Of a DNA stretch of 64,000 nucleotides, positions 24,899-37,587 are shown one piece after another. The translations under genes were made by a program, and so were the position numbers. How positions within the stretch are numbered: the first letter of the stretch is position 1; each line of letters starts with the position of its first letter. Origin of the DNA: Sporopachydermia quercuum (Eukaryota); the NCBI GenBank assembly GCA_001599295.1, contig BCGN01000001.1:930001-994000 (forward strand). Reading direction: 5' to 3'. The notes under the pieces are model-generated. The model made no database searches and was not told where the DNA came from. It was given only the letters and a program-made list of their open reading frames with translations.

Positions 24899-25193
24899 CC
24901 GATACCTGAAACCCTCCAGCAAATTCGTTCATGTAGTACCTCGCGTATCATTATGGTCCATAGCGGTTCATTGTTTTCGCGACAGGTACGAAAGATACGA
25001 AGAGTGGGATTACTATGAAAATGAATAATTCAGTTTGACAGCGTAAGACTGAATTTCGAAACTTCACATGTTTTNAACACCCTACCTCTTCGTTCTTGCT
25101 CGATGGATTTGATTAACTTGTCTTACTTCATCACTTCCAAACAATTGTTGAATTGCATCAATTGAGCTGATTTGTCAATTTACTGAGTCAACT

Positions 25194-26570
25194 ATGGTAT
25201 CTGAAGCCGTTGAGAAAGCAGCTGCCGAAAAGGCACAAGCTACCGAGAAAGAGGAATATGAGTTTGGTGGTCCAGCTGGTGCTCTCGGGATGATGATTGG
25301 GTTCCCTTTACTGATGTGGTACATGTGGATTGGAGCCGAGTTCTATGATGGGCATTGGCCTCTTCCATCAGATGGTCAAGAGTGGAAAGATTTCATTATC
25401 AATGACTTATACCAAACCTATTTCTTGAATCATGCAGTTCCTTCATTTCGTGCTTGGAGAATTTTCTTAACGTTCGCATTTACTCAAGCTATTTTCTATT
25501 ACACTTTACCTGGTGTTTGGACCAAAGGTCAACCATTGAAGCATTTGAACAACCGCCAACTTGATTACTATTGNAATGCCATGTGGAGTTTCTACACCTC
25601 TATTGCTATTTCTCTAGTTTTGCATTTCACTGGTATTTTCCACCTTCCTACTATTATTGAATTGTTTGGACAGATTATGACTAGTGCCATTATCACTGGT
25701 TTTGTTTTTGCCATTGGTTTGTACCTCATTACTTTCATTACTGGTGATCAACATCGTATGTCCGGTAACCATATATATGATATATTCCTTGGTGCTTCTT
25801 TGAACCCTAGAATTGGAATTTTAGACATGAAGATGTTTTTCGAAGTTCGTTTGCCTTGGTATACTTTATTTTTCATTAGTCTAGCGGCTTGCTTTAAACA
25901 ATATGAAGAATATGGCTATGTTTCTTTCCAGTTGATCTTCATGCTTCTTGCTCATTACCTTTATGCCAATGCTTGCTCTAAAGGTGAAGAACTGATTGTT
26001 CCTACATGGGATATGGCTTATGAAAAGTTTGGCTTCATGCTTATTTTCTGGAATATTGCTGGTGTTCCTTACACTTATTGCCATAGTACTCTCTATCTTT
26101 CTTATCATGACCCGGCTGATTATAATTGGTCATGGATCTATAACCTCAGCGTCCTTGCTGCTCTACTCTGCGCCTATTACGTCTTTGATACCTGCAATGG
26201 TCAAAAGAATAACTTCAGAAAANCTCTTGCTGGTGATCCTTCTGATCGGTACACTTTCCCTCACTTCAAGTACCAAAAGTTAGAANATCCCAAATATATC
26301 AAATGTGCCAATGGATCTGTTTTACTTACCGATGGTTGGTATAAATATGCTCGTAAGATCCATTACACTGCCGATTATATTCAGAGTTTATCCTGGGCTT
26401 TAGTGTGTGGAACTGCTTCTCCTTTCCCATGGTTCTTCCCTTCTTTCTTCTTGGTCGTCTTGCTTCATAGAGCCCATAGAGATATCATGAAATGCAGGAA
26501 GAAGTATGGTGCAGATTGGGATAAATATTGCAAAGAATGCCCCTGGGTTTTTATTCCTTATGTATTTTAA
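25194..26570 (+). CDS. ERG4: Sterol C-24(28) reductase
   Basis: [57 protein letters not shown]. Confidence 0.96.
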   Translation: MVSEAVEKAAAEKAQATEKEEYEFGGPAGALGMMIGFPLLMWYMWIGAEFYDGHWPLPSDGQEWKDFIINDLYQTYFLNHAVPSFRAWRIFLTFAFTQAIFYYTLPGVWTKGQPLKHLNNRQLDYYXNAMWSFYTSIAISLVLHFTGIFHLPTIIELFGQIMTSAIITGFVFAIGLYLITFITGDQHRMSGNHIYDIFLGASLNPRIGILDMKMFFEVRLPWYTLFFISLAACFKQYEEYGYVSFQLIFMLLAHYLYANACSKGEELIVPTWDMAYEKFGFMLIFWNIAGVPYTYCHSTLYLSYHDPADYNWSWIYNLSVLAALLCAYYVFDTCNGQKNNFRKXLAGDPSDRYTFPHFKYQKLEXPKYIKCANGSVLLTDGWYKYARKIHYTADYIQSLSWALVCGTASPFPWFFPSFFLVVLLHRAHRDIMKCRKKYGADWDKYCKECPWVFIPYVF

Positions 26571-26827
26571 GGATACCAGGGTAAGCAGCTCTCTCTGCGC
26601 TGCCAACTAAATAATAGAAAATCGTTCAATTATTTGATACCCGCGGGCATAGTTTCTATACCCACACATCAACAGAAAAAAAAAGAGACAGAAAATTAGA
26701 TTATAGAGAAAACGAGCACTGTAGCTGTAACAAAAATGATTCTACACGTAATATCTAATGTAAATGACATCTATTTTGAAGACTCATTAATTATATGTAA
26801 TGTAGCTTCTAAGAATGAATTGAAAGA

Positions 26828-27577
26828 TCAATCTTGCTCAGCAATTGCAACAAGTCTTTCATCGATTTCGTCAGAAGTCAATTTACGGAAAGTGCCAACG
26901 CCATTCTTATCAGGCACTGCAATTCCAATCTCTAAATCATTTTTCCGGAAATCTGTACTCAACACATCACCAAGAGTTATAATACCAAATTCAACCACTT
27001 CTTTCCAATCGCCAGAAGCGTATTCTTTCTTTTTCAACTTTTTTTCTAATGCATTCATTACTTCTTGTTGTTTAGGACCCGCTGACGTAGCTTTATAACC
27101 AACATAGTATCCAGCAGGATCACACTTGTAACAAAGTGGTCCTTTCTCATCATCAATGCTAACCAAAGTCATAACAACTCCTAATGGTCTCAAATGTGCT
27201 CTTTGAGTATATGATTGATTAATATTTGCCAATCTTTTAGCTAAAGCATCACAAGGCATTTCATAACCATTTTCATATCTGAAATCAACTGCTTCACTAC
27301 TCGCTCTAGTAACTAATGCTCTAGCGTCAGCAATTTGTCCAGTGCAAACACATCCCACTGTTGGTGAAATTTGAAATATGTAACTGACGGATTCTGGGTC
27401 TAGTAACTTATCTGGGACCTTTTTTTGAGATATCACCACACAGCAATCCTTACCAATGACAGCCAGTGAAGTCATATTAGTAGAATTGATAGCCTTGAAT
27501 GCATATTCAACCTGATAAAGTCGTCCTTCAGGCGAGAAAATTGTGATCTGTCGATCATAACCTGAAGCACCTGACAT
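26828..27577 (-). CDS. SCL1: 20S proteasome subunit alpha-1
   Basis: [49 protein letters not shown]. Confidence 0.96.
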   Translation of the reverse strand: MSGASGYDRQITIFSPEGRLYQVEYAFKAINSTNMTSLAVIGKDCCVVISQKKVPDKLLDPESVSYIFQISPTVGCVCTGQIADARALVTRASSEAVDFRYENGYEMPCDALAKRLANINQSYTQRAHLRPLGVVMTLVSIDDEKGPLCYKCDPAGYYVGYKATSAGPKQQEVMNALEKKLKKKEYASGDWKEVVEFGIITLGDVLSTDFRKNDLEIGIAVPDKNGVGTFRKLTSDEIDERLVAIAEQD

Positions 27578-27762
27578 TTTGATTATTGATTTACCTTATA
27601 TATTAATCCTTGCTCTTTCTCTTTGATGAAGTACTACTCCTTAGTAACTTAAGTGATTCGACGGTTAATTCTCTACTCAGATTCACGCCGCAAGTCTATT
27701 CTTCGCCGCATATATTTGTCTATCAATTCCAACTCAAATCACACAATATTTTCAACACTTTG

Positions 27763-27770
27763 TTGCCACT
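27763..27770 (-). promoter_or_regulatory. PACE-like Rpn4 binding site (AGTGGCAA)
   Basis: Matches RGTGGCAA about 190 bp upstream of a proteasome subunit gene. Confidence 0.6.
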
Positions 27771-28378
27771 TGTTGTAACTGATAATCAACTATACTCCCA
27801 TCAGCTTGCTCAAGTCATACATCGTTATTATCACCTATCATCATAATATCAACAATCAATAATACAGCTAACTACCTACCTTTTGCTTATGGACCGCCCC
27901 CCAAAATACAATTGTCAATTTCATACATGCTATTAAACCAACGGGAGGAGACTCCAAATGACTTCGGGATTGAAACAGACCCTCTGGGTTTCTTTCATAG
28001 AAAGAGCCTCGAAGTAAGAAATTTCGGAAATAGTATTGTACTTGACAGGAAAACAGTACACCATTACCTTTCGTATTATTTTGCTAGCACCAGTCCCTCT
28101 GCTCTATGACTTAGGGTCTTGTTCTTCCTTATATGCCATACTACACTAACAGACATTACGATAGAATAAAATTGTATATTAGAATATGGAATATCCCTAC
28201 TATTTCGCTTGCTTAATCTCCTAATACAATTCTACTGTCTATAAAGAAAAACAGTGGCCAAACTATGATTTACTGCATCAGTACTGTACTTTTGCAGCAT
28301 CAATAGCACTATTGGAACACTCATGATACCGCCATCAAGGTTTTAGTGATTAAAACTCCGAAGCATTTTGAACTCATT

Positions 28379-29728
28379 ATGACAGCGCAAAGCTCGACAT
28401 TTACAACTGATGGTAAAACTACGGCGAACCAACCAGCTTATGAACCGAAAAATACATCTCTATACCATCCTAGAATTTCTTATCATTATAATCCTGAGGC
28501 TTCACAGTACCACTATGGAACGAGGCATCCGATGAAGCCATTCAGACTGATGCTCACAGACCATTTAGTACTTGGTTATAAACTTCACCAATTGATGGAC
28601 TTGTATGAACCCAGAAGGGCAACAAAAGATGAAATACTAGAATTCCATGCTGAAGAATATATTGAATTTCTCCAGAAGGTTACACCAGAAACGGCTTCTA
28701 AGTTTTCTAAGTTCTTCTCAAAGTTCAATATTGGTGATGACTGTCCAATCTTCGATGGTATGTATGATTACTGTACTATCTATTCGGGCTGTTCATTAGA
28801 CGCTTCAAGAAAGATCATATCGGGTTTAAGCGATATAGCATGTAATTGGTCCGGAGGACTTCATCATGCAAAGAAATTTGAACCTTCTGGGTTTTGTTAT
28901 GTCAACGACATCGTACTTGCTATACTGAATTTCCTTAGGTACTATCCAAGAGTATTATACGTGGACATTGATTTACATCATGGTGACGGTGTTCAAGAAG
29001 CCTTTTATACCACTGACCGTGTAATGACAGTTTCTTTCCATAAATATAACGGGGAGTTTTTCCCCGGTACGGGAAATTTCGATGAAATAGGTTCAGGATT
29101 AGGTAAGCATTATGCTTTGAATGTACCATTAAGAGATGGGATTGATGACGAATCATATGTTCGTTTGTTTAAATCAATAATGGAACCTGTCATGACAACC
29201 TTTCAACCAAGTGTGATAGTTCAGCAATGTGGAGCTGATTCCTTAGGTTGTGATAGATTAGGCTGCTTCAATCTCAACATCAGAGCTCATGGTGAATGTG
29301 TGAACTTTATGAAATCCTTTGGTGTGCCAATGATAGTCGTAGGTGGAGGGGGCTATACTCCAAGAAATGTCTCACGATTATGGTGTTATGAAACGTCTAT
29401 TTGTCTTGATGTTCATTTGGCCTCTAAATTACCGGAAGAAATGCCCTTCCTGAATTACTTTGGGCCAGATTATTCACTGCATCCTAATTTAGGGGACCGT
29501 ATAGAAAATAAAAATAGCAGAAAGTTCCTCGAGAGTGTCACGACGCAAGTTTTGGAGCAAGTGAGATATCTAAATGGAGCACCTAGCGTGGAAATGCAAG
29601 AATTACCGCCTGAGTTCTTGGTTCTTAGTAATGAAGAGGAAAAGGAGTTGGATGCATTAAATGAGGAAATGGAACGTCAAAATTCTGACCAGAAGGACAC
29701 AGCTCGAATAGGCGAATTAAGTTATTAG
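28379..29728 (+). CDS. HOS2: Class I histone deacetylase Hos2
   Basis: [55 protein letters not shown]. First in-frame ATG is at 28379. Confidence 0.93.
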   Translation: MTAQSSTFTTDGKTTANQPAYEPKNTSLYHPRISYHYNPEASQYHYGTRHPMKPFRLMLTDHLVLGYKLHQLMDLYEPRRATKDEILEFHAEEYIEFLQKVTPETASKFSKFFSKFNIGDDCPIFDGMYDYCTIYSGCSLDASRKIISGLSDIACNWSGGLHHAKKFEPSGFCYVNDIVLAILNFLRYYPRVLYVDIDLHHGDGVQEAFYTTDRVMTVSFHKYNGEFFPGTGNFDEIGSGLGKHYALNVPLRDGIDDESYVRLFKSIMEPVMTTFQPSVIVQQCGADSLGCDRLGCFNLNIRAHGECVNFMKSFGVPMIVVGGGGYTPRNVSRLWCYETSICLDVHLASKLPEEMPFLNYFGPDYSLHPNLGDRIENKNSRKFLESVTTQVLEQVRYLNGAPSVEMQELPPEFLVLSNEEEKELDALNEEMERQNSDQKDTARIGELSY

Positions 29729-30695
29729 GTTGGTGATGGTGATGATGATGACTTGAATAAGGTAAAGGATAATAATAGAATAGAAAGAGAAAAGGGAGAA
29801 AATGGAGCTAGTGTTAAATATATCAGTTACTATAGTATAACATGCAAGATAGATGTGGATTATGTTGGCTGGAGAGCTAGAAACAATGTATTTTTACGAC
29901 GGAAGACAATTCTTCTTTACAACTATAAAGTGTATTTATAAGGTATAATTTTATTTCATATAATAAATTGAACAGTTTATTCCAGTTCCGAGTAGAACTT
30001 ATCAGCAATCGAAGTGCCTTCTTACCATCCATACTAGTGCCTTTAGTAGCACTAGCAACGAGAGCTAATCTCAAAGAAAGGAAGATGTCTTACTGAATGG
30101 AAAATCTATTGAACTACAATGAATAGATCTTAATCAANTATCCATTCTATGAAAGTTCTGAGCTTTGAATGAGATTTAAAAAGAGCACTCAAACGCGAGA
30201 GAATAGATGCGATGTTACACGATTATGTAATCCTAAAAGCAACCAGAGACCCTTTGAAGATAAATAATGATTGAACAGCTGGGAAGGAATAATGAGTGCT
30301 ACTACCACTTTTATGATTTTAGTTTCATTTATTGTGGTAGGGCTAGATGATGNCAATACATTAAGTTAGTAATGTTATTATCATTATTATTATCGTTGTA
30401 GATACCAGAACAAGAGTACTAAACGCAAATTGAACCATCAGACGAGCTAGCTAATAAATAAGGTTTAACTTTAAAGAGTAAATGCATAAACTCGCGCAAG
30501 ACAAGAACCTTATCGTTGTCACCTGCAACTATTCACTTTGAACCGAAAAACCAGGTTTGAAAACAATCATAGTTTATTCAAACTCCTACTCCTCTATTTC
30601 TATTAAAGCATAATTCAATACACACCTCGATAGTTCATACTACACACCAAACCGCTATTTTACATATAGGCCCAATTATATTACCATTTCATTCT

Positions 30696-33600
30696 TCAAA
30701 AAGGAAGAATGTCACCATTTTCATCGTCATCACTATCACTTAATCCATTAGTATGGGATCTTCGTCCTACACCAGATTTCATTCTTGTTCCGTTCATGAT
30801 TATCTCATCATCGTCATCATCATTTGCTTCGTAAGATCCATCAGCTCCGACGCTCAAACCACCGTTTAATACCCCACGAGCAATCTTCTCATCCAATGCT
30901 ACCCAATGTCTTCGTACTTTACGTAAGGAAAATTTGCCACTTTCTATTCCAATTCCTCTCAACTCCTTGAAGTATCTCTCAACACATTGTCGATCAACAC
31001 TAGAAACACTATTCATAGCAGCACACAAAATTGGCCATTGAATCATCACATGCGGCACAGAGAAAACTCTTAATGGTATTCTTAACCGAGGATCCAAATA
31101 TGGTAGCATATAAAGCATAGATCGAACTAGTTGCTGTACCATTGGATTTGTTGGTGGGAAATTAAACCCACTTTTAGAAGTAAGTATAGTTAAAATAGCA
31201 GTTCTAGCATGCATTTGCTGGCTTACATCATACCAAGAAATAATCATTTTCCGTGGGCTGGCTGAAGGGTTTGCTGGACTGAAAGCTGGAATAACAAACA
31301 CTTCCAACGCATCTGGTGGTACTAATGATGATAATTCCTCTGGAACTGAATCTAGGTAGTCTGGATAAGGATTAGGACCATGCTTCGAGCTGGTGAAGGT
31401 CTTAGTAGGGTTGTTATCACCATTAACATTGCTATTAACGCTAACATTACTACTATCGCCAGAACTTTCATTAGAAACACCATGCAAATTATTACTCAAC
31501 GTAGCAGTAGCTGTGGNTANGATATTAGCATACTTAAACGAATTCTCTAGATGGTGCTTATTATTTTCTCCTACAGGCCTCAGACAACTAGCTGTGACTA
31601 TGCCATTACAGTCAATAATACGATAGTTCGTCATATCATAAGCTTGTCCTAATAAATCACATAAAACAAACACTGACTTTCTTGTAGCTTTCTTTCTTTT
31701 CTTTCCAATGATCTTCCCATTCCCATTTTCATTCCCACCTCCACCTTCTTTACCATTGTCAAGGTCATTCTTGTTATCATTTCCATTTCTGCCGTTCAAG
31801 GCTAAAGCTACTGCCAGTTTCTTAAAAAACAAAATATCTTCTTGACGGAAACCAAATAACAAATTGAACCTGTCTTCTCTAAGAATGTAAACCGATCTAA
31901 GGCCTAATTCAACTTCTGGCTTAACTAAATCAAAGATAGCATTCAGTTCTTCTTCCGTTTGAAGCGTACCACCAAACTCTGCATTAAGACAAGCCAAAAG
32001 CTCCATAACAGCAAACCAAGTTCGGCAGATTGCAATAACAGGGGAAGTTTTACGAGTGCCCAAACTTGCATATCGTTTGAGGAAATCCTTGGCCCCTCTT
32101 AAGTGGGCCCGCCACGATCTACCTTTAGTTGAAGCTTGATCAGTGGTTAGAACAAGCACAGTAAGCAGCATAGGCTCTATCTGCTGAATAATAGAACTTT
32201 CATCTTGACAATATTCCGATAAGGATTTCAGACATGATGCTAGATAGAAACAATAAGCGATTTCATCATCTCTGTTCTTCGAAGCTCGGAAAGATCTTCT
32301 AGCTGCTGAAGCGAGAATAGCCGATAATAAATAAGGAGTCTGTAAAGAGTAGGTAAGCAAAACGTCTCTTACAGGATTGCAACTTGGCGATGGTGTGAAA
32401 GGAAGAAATGCTTTACTGGTGGAGAAGTAAAAAACAGAAAGATAATGTCTATGTTCAGGTCCCAGGTTGAAATCATCAACAGAAACGTTATAAATAGGGG
32501 AAATAGTGTTCATCGATGTGAATGAAAACTTTTCCTTACGTTGTAAAGATCTTTCTGCTTGTGATTGAGAATGGGAACGCAAATGATTGGCCTGTGAAGG
32601 ATTCTGGGATATAATNCTCTTAGCTTGAAACATTGCAAACGATGAATAATCATAATTAGATGCTGTTGGTTCTAAACTGCGAGTGCCAGCATTTGAAGTA
32701 TGAGATCCCTGAGGCAAAGGTGGAAAACCTGGAGGAGGAATCATTTTCCCCTTATGAAATTGTTGGTTTACCGCGTCCTGTTCAGAAAGACCAACTAATC
32801 TAGGTAAATTTTCCATAGAAGGAGCAGAATCCATTGATCGGGCTTCCACATTGGGGGTGCCATCAGAAGTAGATTCTGAGGGTGTATCTGCAGAATGGAT
32901 CAATCCTGAGATGGAACTCACGTTGTTTGATGATGATAAAGGCATTGCATGAGGATCTATTTGGGCTTCTTCTAGATTGAGGCTTACAATGTCGTTTAAA
33001 TCGCTCATGAGAAGATTAGCATCGGAAAGAAAAGCGTCCCAAGTAACATCTTCGTCAAAGAGCATACCTATGCCAATATTTGGTTGATGATTGTTTAGAT
33101 TAACATCTTGGTCTGGAGGAATAATCAGTGGTTGAGGTTGATGTAGAAGGTTCTGCTGTCCCGATGATTTATGAGGATGTGGCAAAGCTGCCGGTTGAAA
33201 CTGCATAGGTTGTAGATGCTGAAATGGCTGTAAAGACTGTAACGGCTGCAATGACTGTAGAGACTGCAAATGCCGCAGATGCTGTAGAGATTGCAAAGGC
33301 TGTAAAGGTTGTGAATGTTGCTGAGGTTGTACCACCTGTGGATTTGGCTGGATTGAATGCACCTGGGACGACGGAACCTGTTGAGACTGAGATTGAGATT
33401 GAATCTGCGTCGTAGTCTTACTGTCTGAAACTTTAGGATTAACAAAGACAAATGTCTTTAGGCCACTTTCACCAGTTGGTGAGTCTACGTTCATTGTATT
33501 CTTACCACTTTCAGCTTGGGTGTAGTCATTGTTGCTTGGTTTCAATTTCTTTTGTTTGCCTCCTTTCTGAAAAGCTGTCATAGAATCAACACTGGTCAAC

Positions 33601-34218
33601 GATCTGTTGTTGGAGAATTTGACCGCTTTTTCGTAAACGCATGTTTTGAATAAATGTGAGCATTGCCAGCAAGCAGGTTTTGCCTCATCGCACTGAATTA
33701 GTTAAAAAGAATGTTAGTTAAGTTGCTACTTACAGTTGCAAGATAGGAAATTTACACATTAATGTGAGATACAAAAGACAAAGATAACATACCTTTAATT
33801 TTCTTCGTTTACATTCTTTACAGCCATTTCTGGAATACGCTCTTTTCTTTAACTTCTGCTCTGAACTGAAAGTTTTCGTAATGGAGCTTGAGGATGTTGT
33901 AGGAGCTATTGATTTGGTTGATGTAACAGGATCTGCTGTTACAACAAATTCTGAAGGAGAAACCAAACGAGATAGTTGCACAGCGTTTGTAAGACCCAAT
34001 GTTTGTCGATTTGAATCAGTCAATTGAAGCACCTTTTCAGTTGTTGAAGCACTTGGAGCTGAAAATTTCACTTCCTTTCCTGCAACTGCAGCTTCTACTG
34101 CTGGGGGTGATTCTGTTGTTGATGTCGATGCTTTTGTCGATGCTGTTGATACAGGCAACTTACCCTTGTCCTCTAACGGTAACATCTCTGTATCTCCTTT
34201 ACTTTTCATATCTTTCAT
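30696..34218 (-). CDS. LYS14: Lys14-family Zn(II)2Cys6 transcription factor; exons 34218-33793 and 33692-30696 (~1140 aa)
   Basis: Spliced cluster YSRNGCKECKRRKLK-CDEAKPACWQCSHLFKTCVY closely resembles Lys14, with a C-terminal fungal TF domain (SWRAHLRGA). Orthologue versus paralogue is uncertain. Confidence 0.75.
33201..33309 (-). repeat. Degenerate 9-nt coding repeat, (x-L-Q)n, about 12 units
   Basis: Encodes PLQPLQSLQHLRHLQSLQSLQPLQSLQPFQHLQPMQ. Confidence 0.85.
33693..33792 (-). other. Intron splitting the Zn2Cys6 cluster (100 nt)
   Basis: AAG|GTATGT ... ACTAAC ... CAG|TGC; phase 0. Confidence 0.92.
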
Positions 34219-35014
34219 ATCGAATTCTTATANTTGAATCACTATCTACCCACCAAATTTCAGTACCAAACATCAGTTTATTAATAATATTTCATTATTC
34301 CCCAGAAATCACGTTCAGATCTTATTATTGACATATGGGCAAGAAACTTCCCTCATCGGACTCAACTAGATGAAGTCCAAAAATGGCAAAGTATTCCTCG
34401 GACTCTGGATGAATCAGTCAGCTTAATCCAGATCACATCATCCCTATCACTGTAGGCGAAATTCAGAATGTCGTCAGAATTACCCCTCTTCCGTATTTGG
34501 AAATACAACGATTTTTCTTGCCAATTAGGAAAGCACTGCTTCACCTAGAAATAATATATTCACGTGAGAGAAATTGATAGTAAATAAATGATGACGAAAT
34601 CAATAAAAAATTAAGTTGATGGGTTTTGCGGAGAAGAATGCATGAATGGGCCGGCCACATAAGTCACAGAAGAGAGAAAGCCCTGTTGGGTTCCCTGTCA
34701 GGCTAAGAGCTGAACTGACNNNCNNNCNTTNNTNGNNANNNANNNNGATTGATTGATTGCTGTAGAAGGAATCAACAGACAAGAGCATTTGAAGATAGAT
34801 AAACCTGTATTTATTTCAAGGATAGGTATCTGTTGTTAAATCCATAAGGTAGTTGATTATTGTGAAAGCTAAGAGTTTGTTGTAACTGGTGTGTCCGATA
34901 ATCTGTGCAATTATCCCAATATACTACTGACTTTCTGTATGAATTATTACCTAGTTATTACCTTACAAGACTTAATCAATAATTCTAAACAAAACTGAAC
35001 AAGTGCGACAATTC

Positions 35015-37270
35015 ATGAAAATGGGAGAAGAAACTGAAAGACTCTTGAATGAGTCTCAAGGAACAGCAGACAATGAGAAACAAGTTAAGAATAATACCCA
35101 AGGCAGGGGATCNAACATTGCTTCGTCAGCTTCTGTTCATATAAAAGTTGATCATAAACCTGCGACAACCCGATGGGAACATTACGGGTATGATTTAATA
35201 TTGTTTATATTAAACTGGGTTTTCAGTTGCTTCTTTCGTGAAATCAAAGCTCGTGGCGTATTCAGAATCCCCAAGACTGGACCATTGATCTTTGTAGGTG
35301 CACCTCATGCTAATCAGTTTGTTGATCCTCCTTTACTTATGAGAGGTGTCCAAAGAGAATGCAAGCGTCGTATTTCATTCTTGATTGCAGAAAAATCTTA
35401 TAGACATCGTTGGATTGGTTTAATGTCTAAGCTAGCAATGGCTATTCCAGTAGCCAGAGCTCAGGACAATTTGAGACCTGCTACCGGTAAAATCTATTTA
35501 AAAGATCCTGTAAAAGATCCATTGAGAATCACTGGCGAGGGTACCAAATTCAATGAAGAATGTATGATTAAAGGCTTACTTGGATTGCCTAAAGCTGCTG
35601 GAAATAGTGATATCGCAGAAATTATTTCTGATACTGAATTATTAATTCGTAAAGAATTCAAGAGCCCTAAGGCTATTGATGCTTTAACAAATGGAACTTC
35701 ATTTAAAGTTGCTGACAAGGTAGATCAAAGTGTGGTTTACAAATCTGTATTCAAACATCTTTCTGCTGGTGAATGTATTGGTATTTTCCCTGAAGGTGGT
35801 TCTCATGATAGGACAGATTTACTACCTTTGAAGGCTGGTGTTGCTATTATGGCTTTAGGAGCTATGGCAAATGATCCTGATTGTGATGTTAAAATTGTTC
35901 CCTGTGGTATGAATTATTTCCATCCCAACAAATTTCGATCTAGGGCTGTGATTGAATATGGATTACCCATGACCATTGATAGAGAGCTAGTTCGAATGTA
36001 TCAAAACCCAGAAACAAACAGAGAAGCTGTAAAAGAGCTTCTGGATTCTATAACTGAGGGTTTAAGATCTGTTACAGTGACTTGTCCTGATTATGAAACA
36101 CTTTTAGTTGTTCAAACCGCTAGAAGACTTTTCACTGCTAATTTCAAAACTAAGGTTCCTCTTAGTTTCGTTATTGAATTGAATAGAAATCTTGTCCAAG
36201 GTTATACCCAGCATCAGGACGATCCTAGAGTTCAACAAATCAAAGAAAAAGTTTTGGATTATGACAGGAAATTGCATCAGTTAGGATTGAAAGATCATCA
36301 AGTGGAAACAGCAGAACGGTCGACTATCTACATTTACGCCTTACTTCTCACCAGAGTGTTTGAAGTCTTCCTACTTTTAATTGGGTCATTACCTGGAATC
36401 ATTTTATTTGCTCCTGTTTTCATTGCTTCCAAGTTGATTTCCACTAAGAAGCAAAGAGAAGCCTTAGCTGGATCAACAGTTAAAGTCCGAGCTAGAGATG
36501 TTATTGCATCATGGAAAGTTCTTGTTGCTATGGGATTTGCACCTTTACTATATAACTTCTACACCATTTTATCGATTCTCATAGTTTACAAGTTTAACTT
36601 GTTGCCATCTCTTGTATTATCTCCCAACTCCTACTTTAGAGCTTTTGTTGTATTTATCTTTGGCTGGATTTTTTTCCCATCGATTACTTATGCTGCATTA
36701 ATTACTGGTGAACGGGGAATGGATATTTTCAAATCAATTAGACCTTTNTACCTGTCCTTGTTCAAAGATCATAGAAACTCATTGTTGCAGCTAAANCAAG
36801 AGAGAGAGCAATTGATGCATGAAGTCACCGAAGTTATCAACTATTATGGACCGAAACTATACCCTGATTATCATGAGAAGCTAACCCAATTAGCAACAGG
36901 AAGTTTTCCATCAAGAAACAACTCCATTTCCGAAATGCCTGAGAGTTTCGAATCTCAGGATGATAATGATGAGAATGAATATGGAAACGGTCTAAAGAGG
37001 GTTACAAGTGTTAGCAGTTCCACCACAGTTGAATCTTCTGCTTTATCCAGAGTCAACTCAGCTAATTCATTAAGTAATATTCCAATTTTCAATGAATACA
37101 TTGGAGGCAATACGGACAGTTCACGAACATCATCAGAATCAAGTTCCGTGCCTGAAGCAAAAATTGCTACCGGTGCCTCAAGCAATGATGAGAGATTCAA
37201 GCAAGAACTCAGTCGGAGAATCACCAGCGCTTTAACAGAGAACAGAAAGAAAGCTGACGTCTCCGAATAA
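35015..37270 (+). CDS. SCT1: Glycerol-3-phosphate/DHAP sn-1 acyltransferase (Sct1/Gpt2 family)
   Basis: APHANQFVDP, IFPEGGSHDR, CGMNYFHPNKFRSRAV. Start is ATG 35015 or 35021. Confidence 0.9.
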   Translation: MKMGEETERLLNESQGTADNEKQVKNNTQGRGXNIASSASVHIKVDHKPATTRWEHYGYDLILFILNWVFSCFFREIKARGVFRIPKTGPLIFVGAPHANQFVDPPLLMRGVQRECKRRISFLIAEKSYRHRWIGLMSKLAMAIPVARAQDNLRPATGKIYLKDPVKDPLRITGEGTKFNEECMIKGLLGLPKAAGNSDIAEIISDTELLIRKEFKSPKAIDALTNGTSFKVADKVDQSVVYKSVFKHLSAGECIGIFPEGGSHDRTDLLPLKAGVAIMALGAMANDPDCDVKIVPCGMNYFHPNKFRSRAVIEYGLPMTIDRELVRMYQNPETNREAVKELLDSITEGLRSVTVTCPDYETLLVVQTARRLFTANFKTKVPLSFVIELNRNLVQGYTQHQDDPRVQQIKEKVLDYDRKLHQLGLKDHQVETAERSTIYIYALLLTRVFEVFLLLIGSLPGIILFAPVFIASKLISTKKQREALAGSTVKVRARDVIASWKVLVAMGFAPLLYNFYTILSILIVYKFNLLPSLVLSPNSYFRAFVVFIFGWIFFPSITYAALITGERGMDIFKSIRPXYLSLFKDHRNSLLQLXQEREQLMHEVTEVINYYGPKLYPDYHEKLTQLATGSFPSRNNSISEMPESFESQDDNDENEYGNGLKRVTSVSSSTTVESSALSRVNSANSLSNIPIFNEYIGGNTDSSRTSSESSSVPEAKIATGASSNDERFKQELSRRITSALTENRKKADVSE

Positions 37271-37587
37271 GGCAAAATAATCACAATTTTGCATAATGCA
37301 TCGATTGAAAGTAAGGACGCTACTTTTCAACACCTGGATAATAATGATAACGAGAACAAAAAAAAAAGGAAGGAAAAACCACAACAGCAATAAAAAATGA
37401 ATGGTTAACAAAAACACACGTACTCCTATGAGGTCGGTTGCAATTGGTTCGCATATTTATTTGATTTACTGATTCCTTTGCACAACCATCTATCTAATTT
37501 TTGATTTATTGATTTATTGATTTTGAAAATACTTTTATGTGCAATATACTATTATCACCACTATATAACCACGATTAATCTTCCCAT

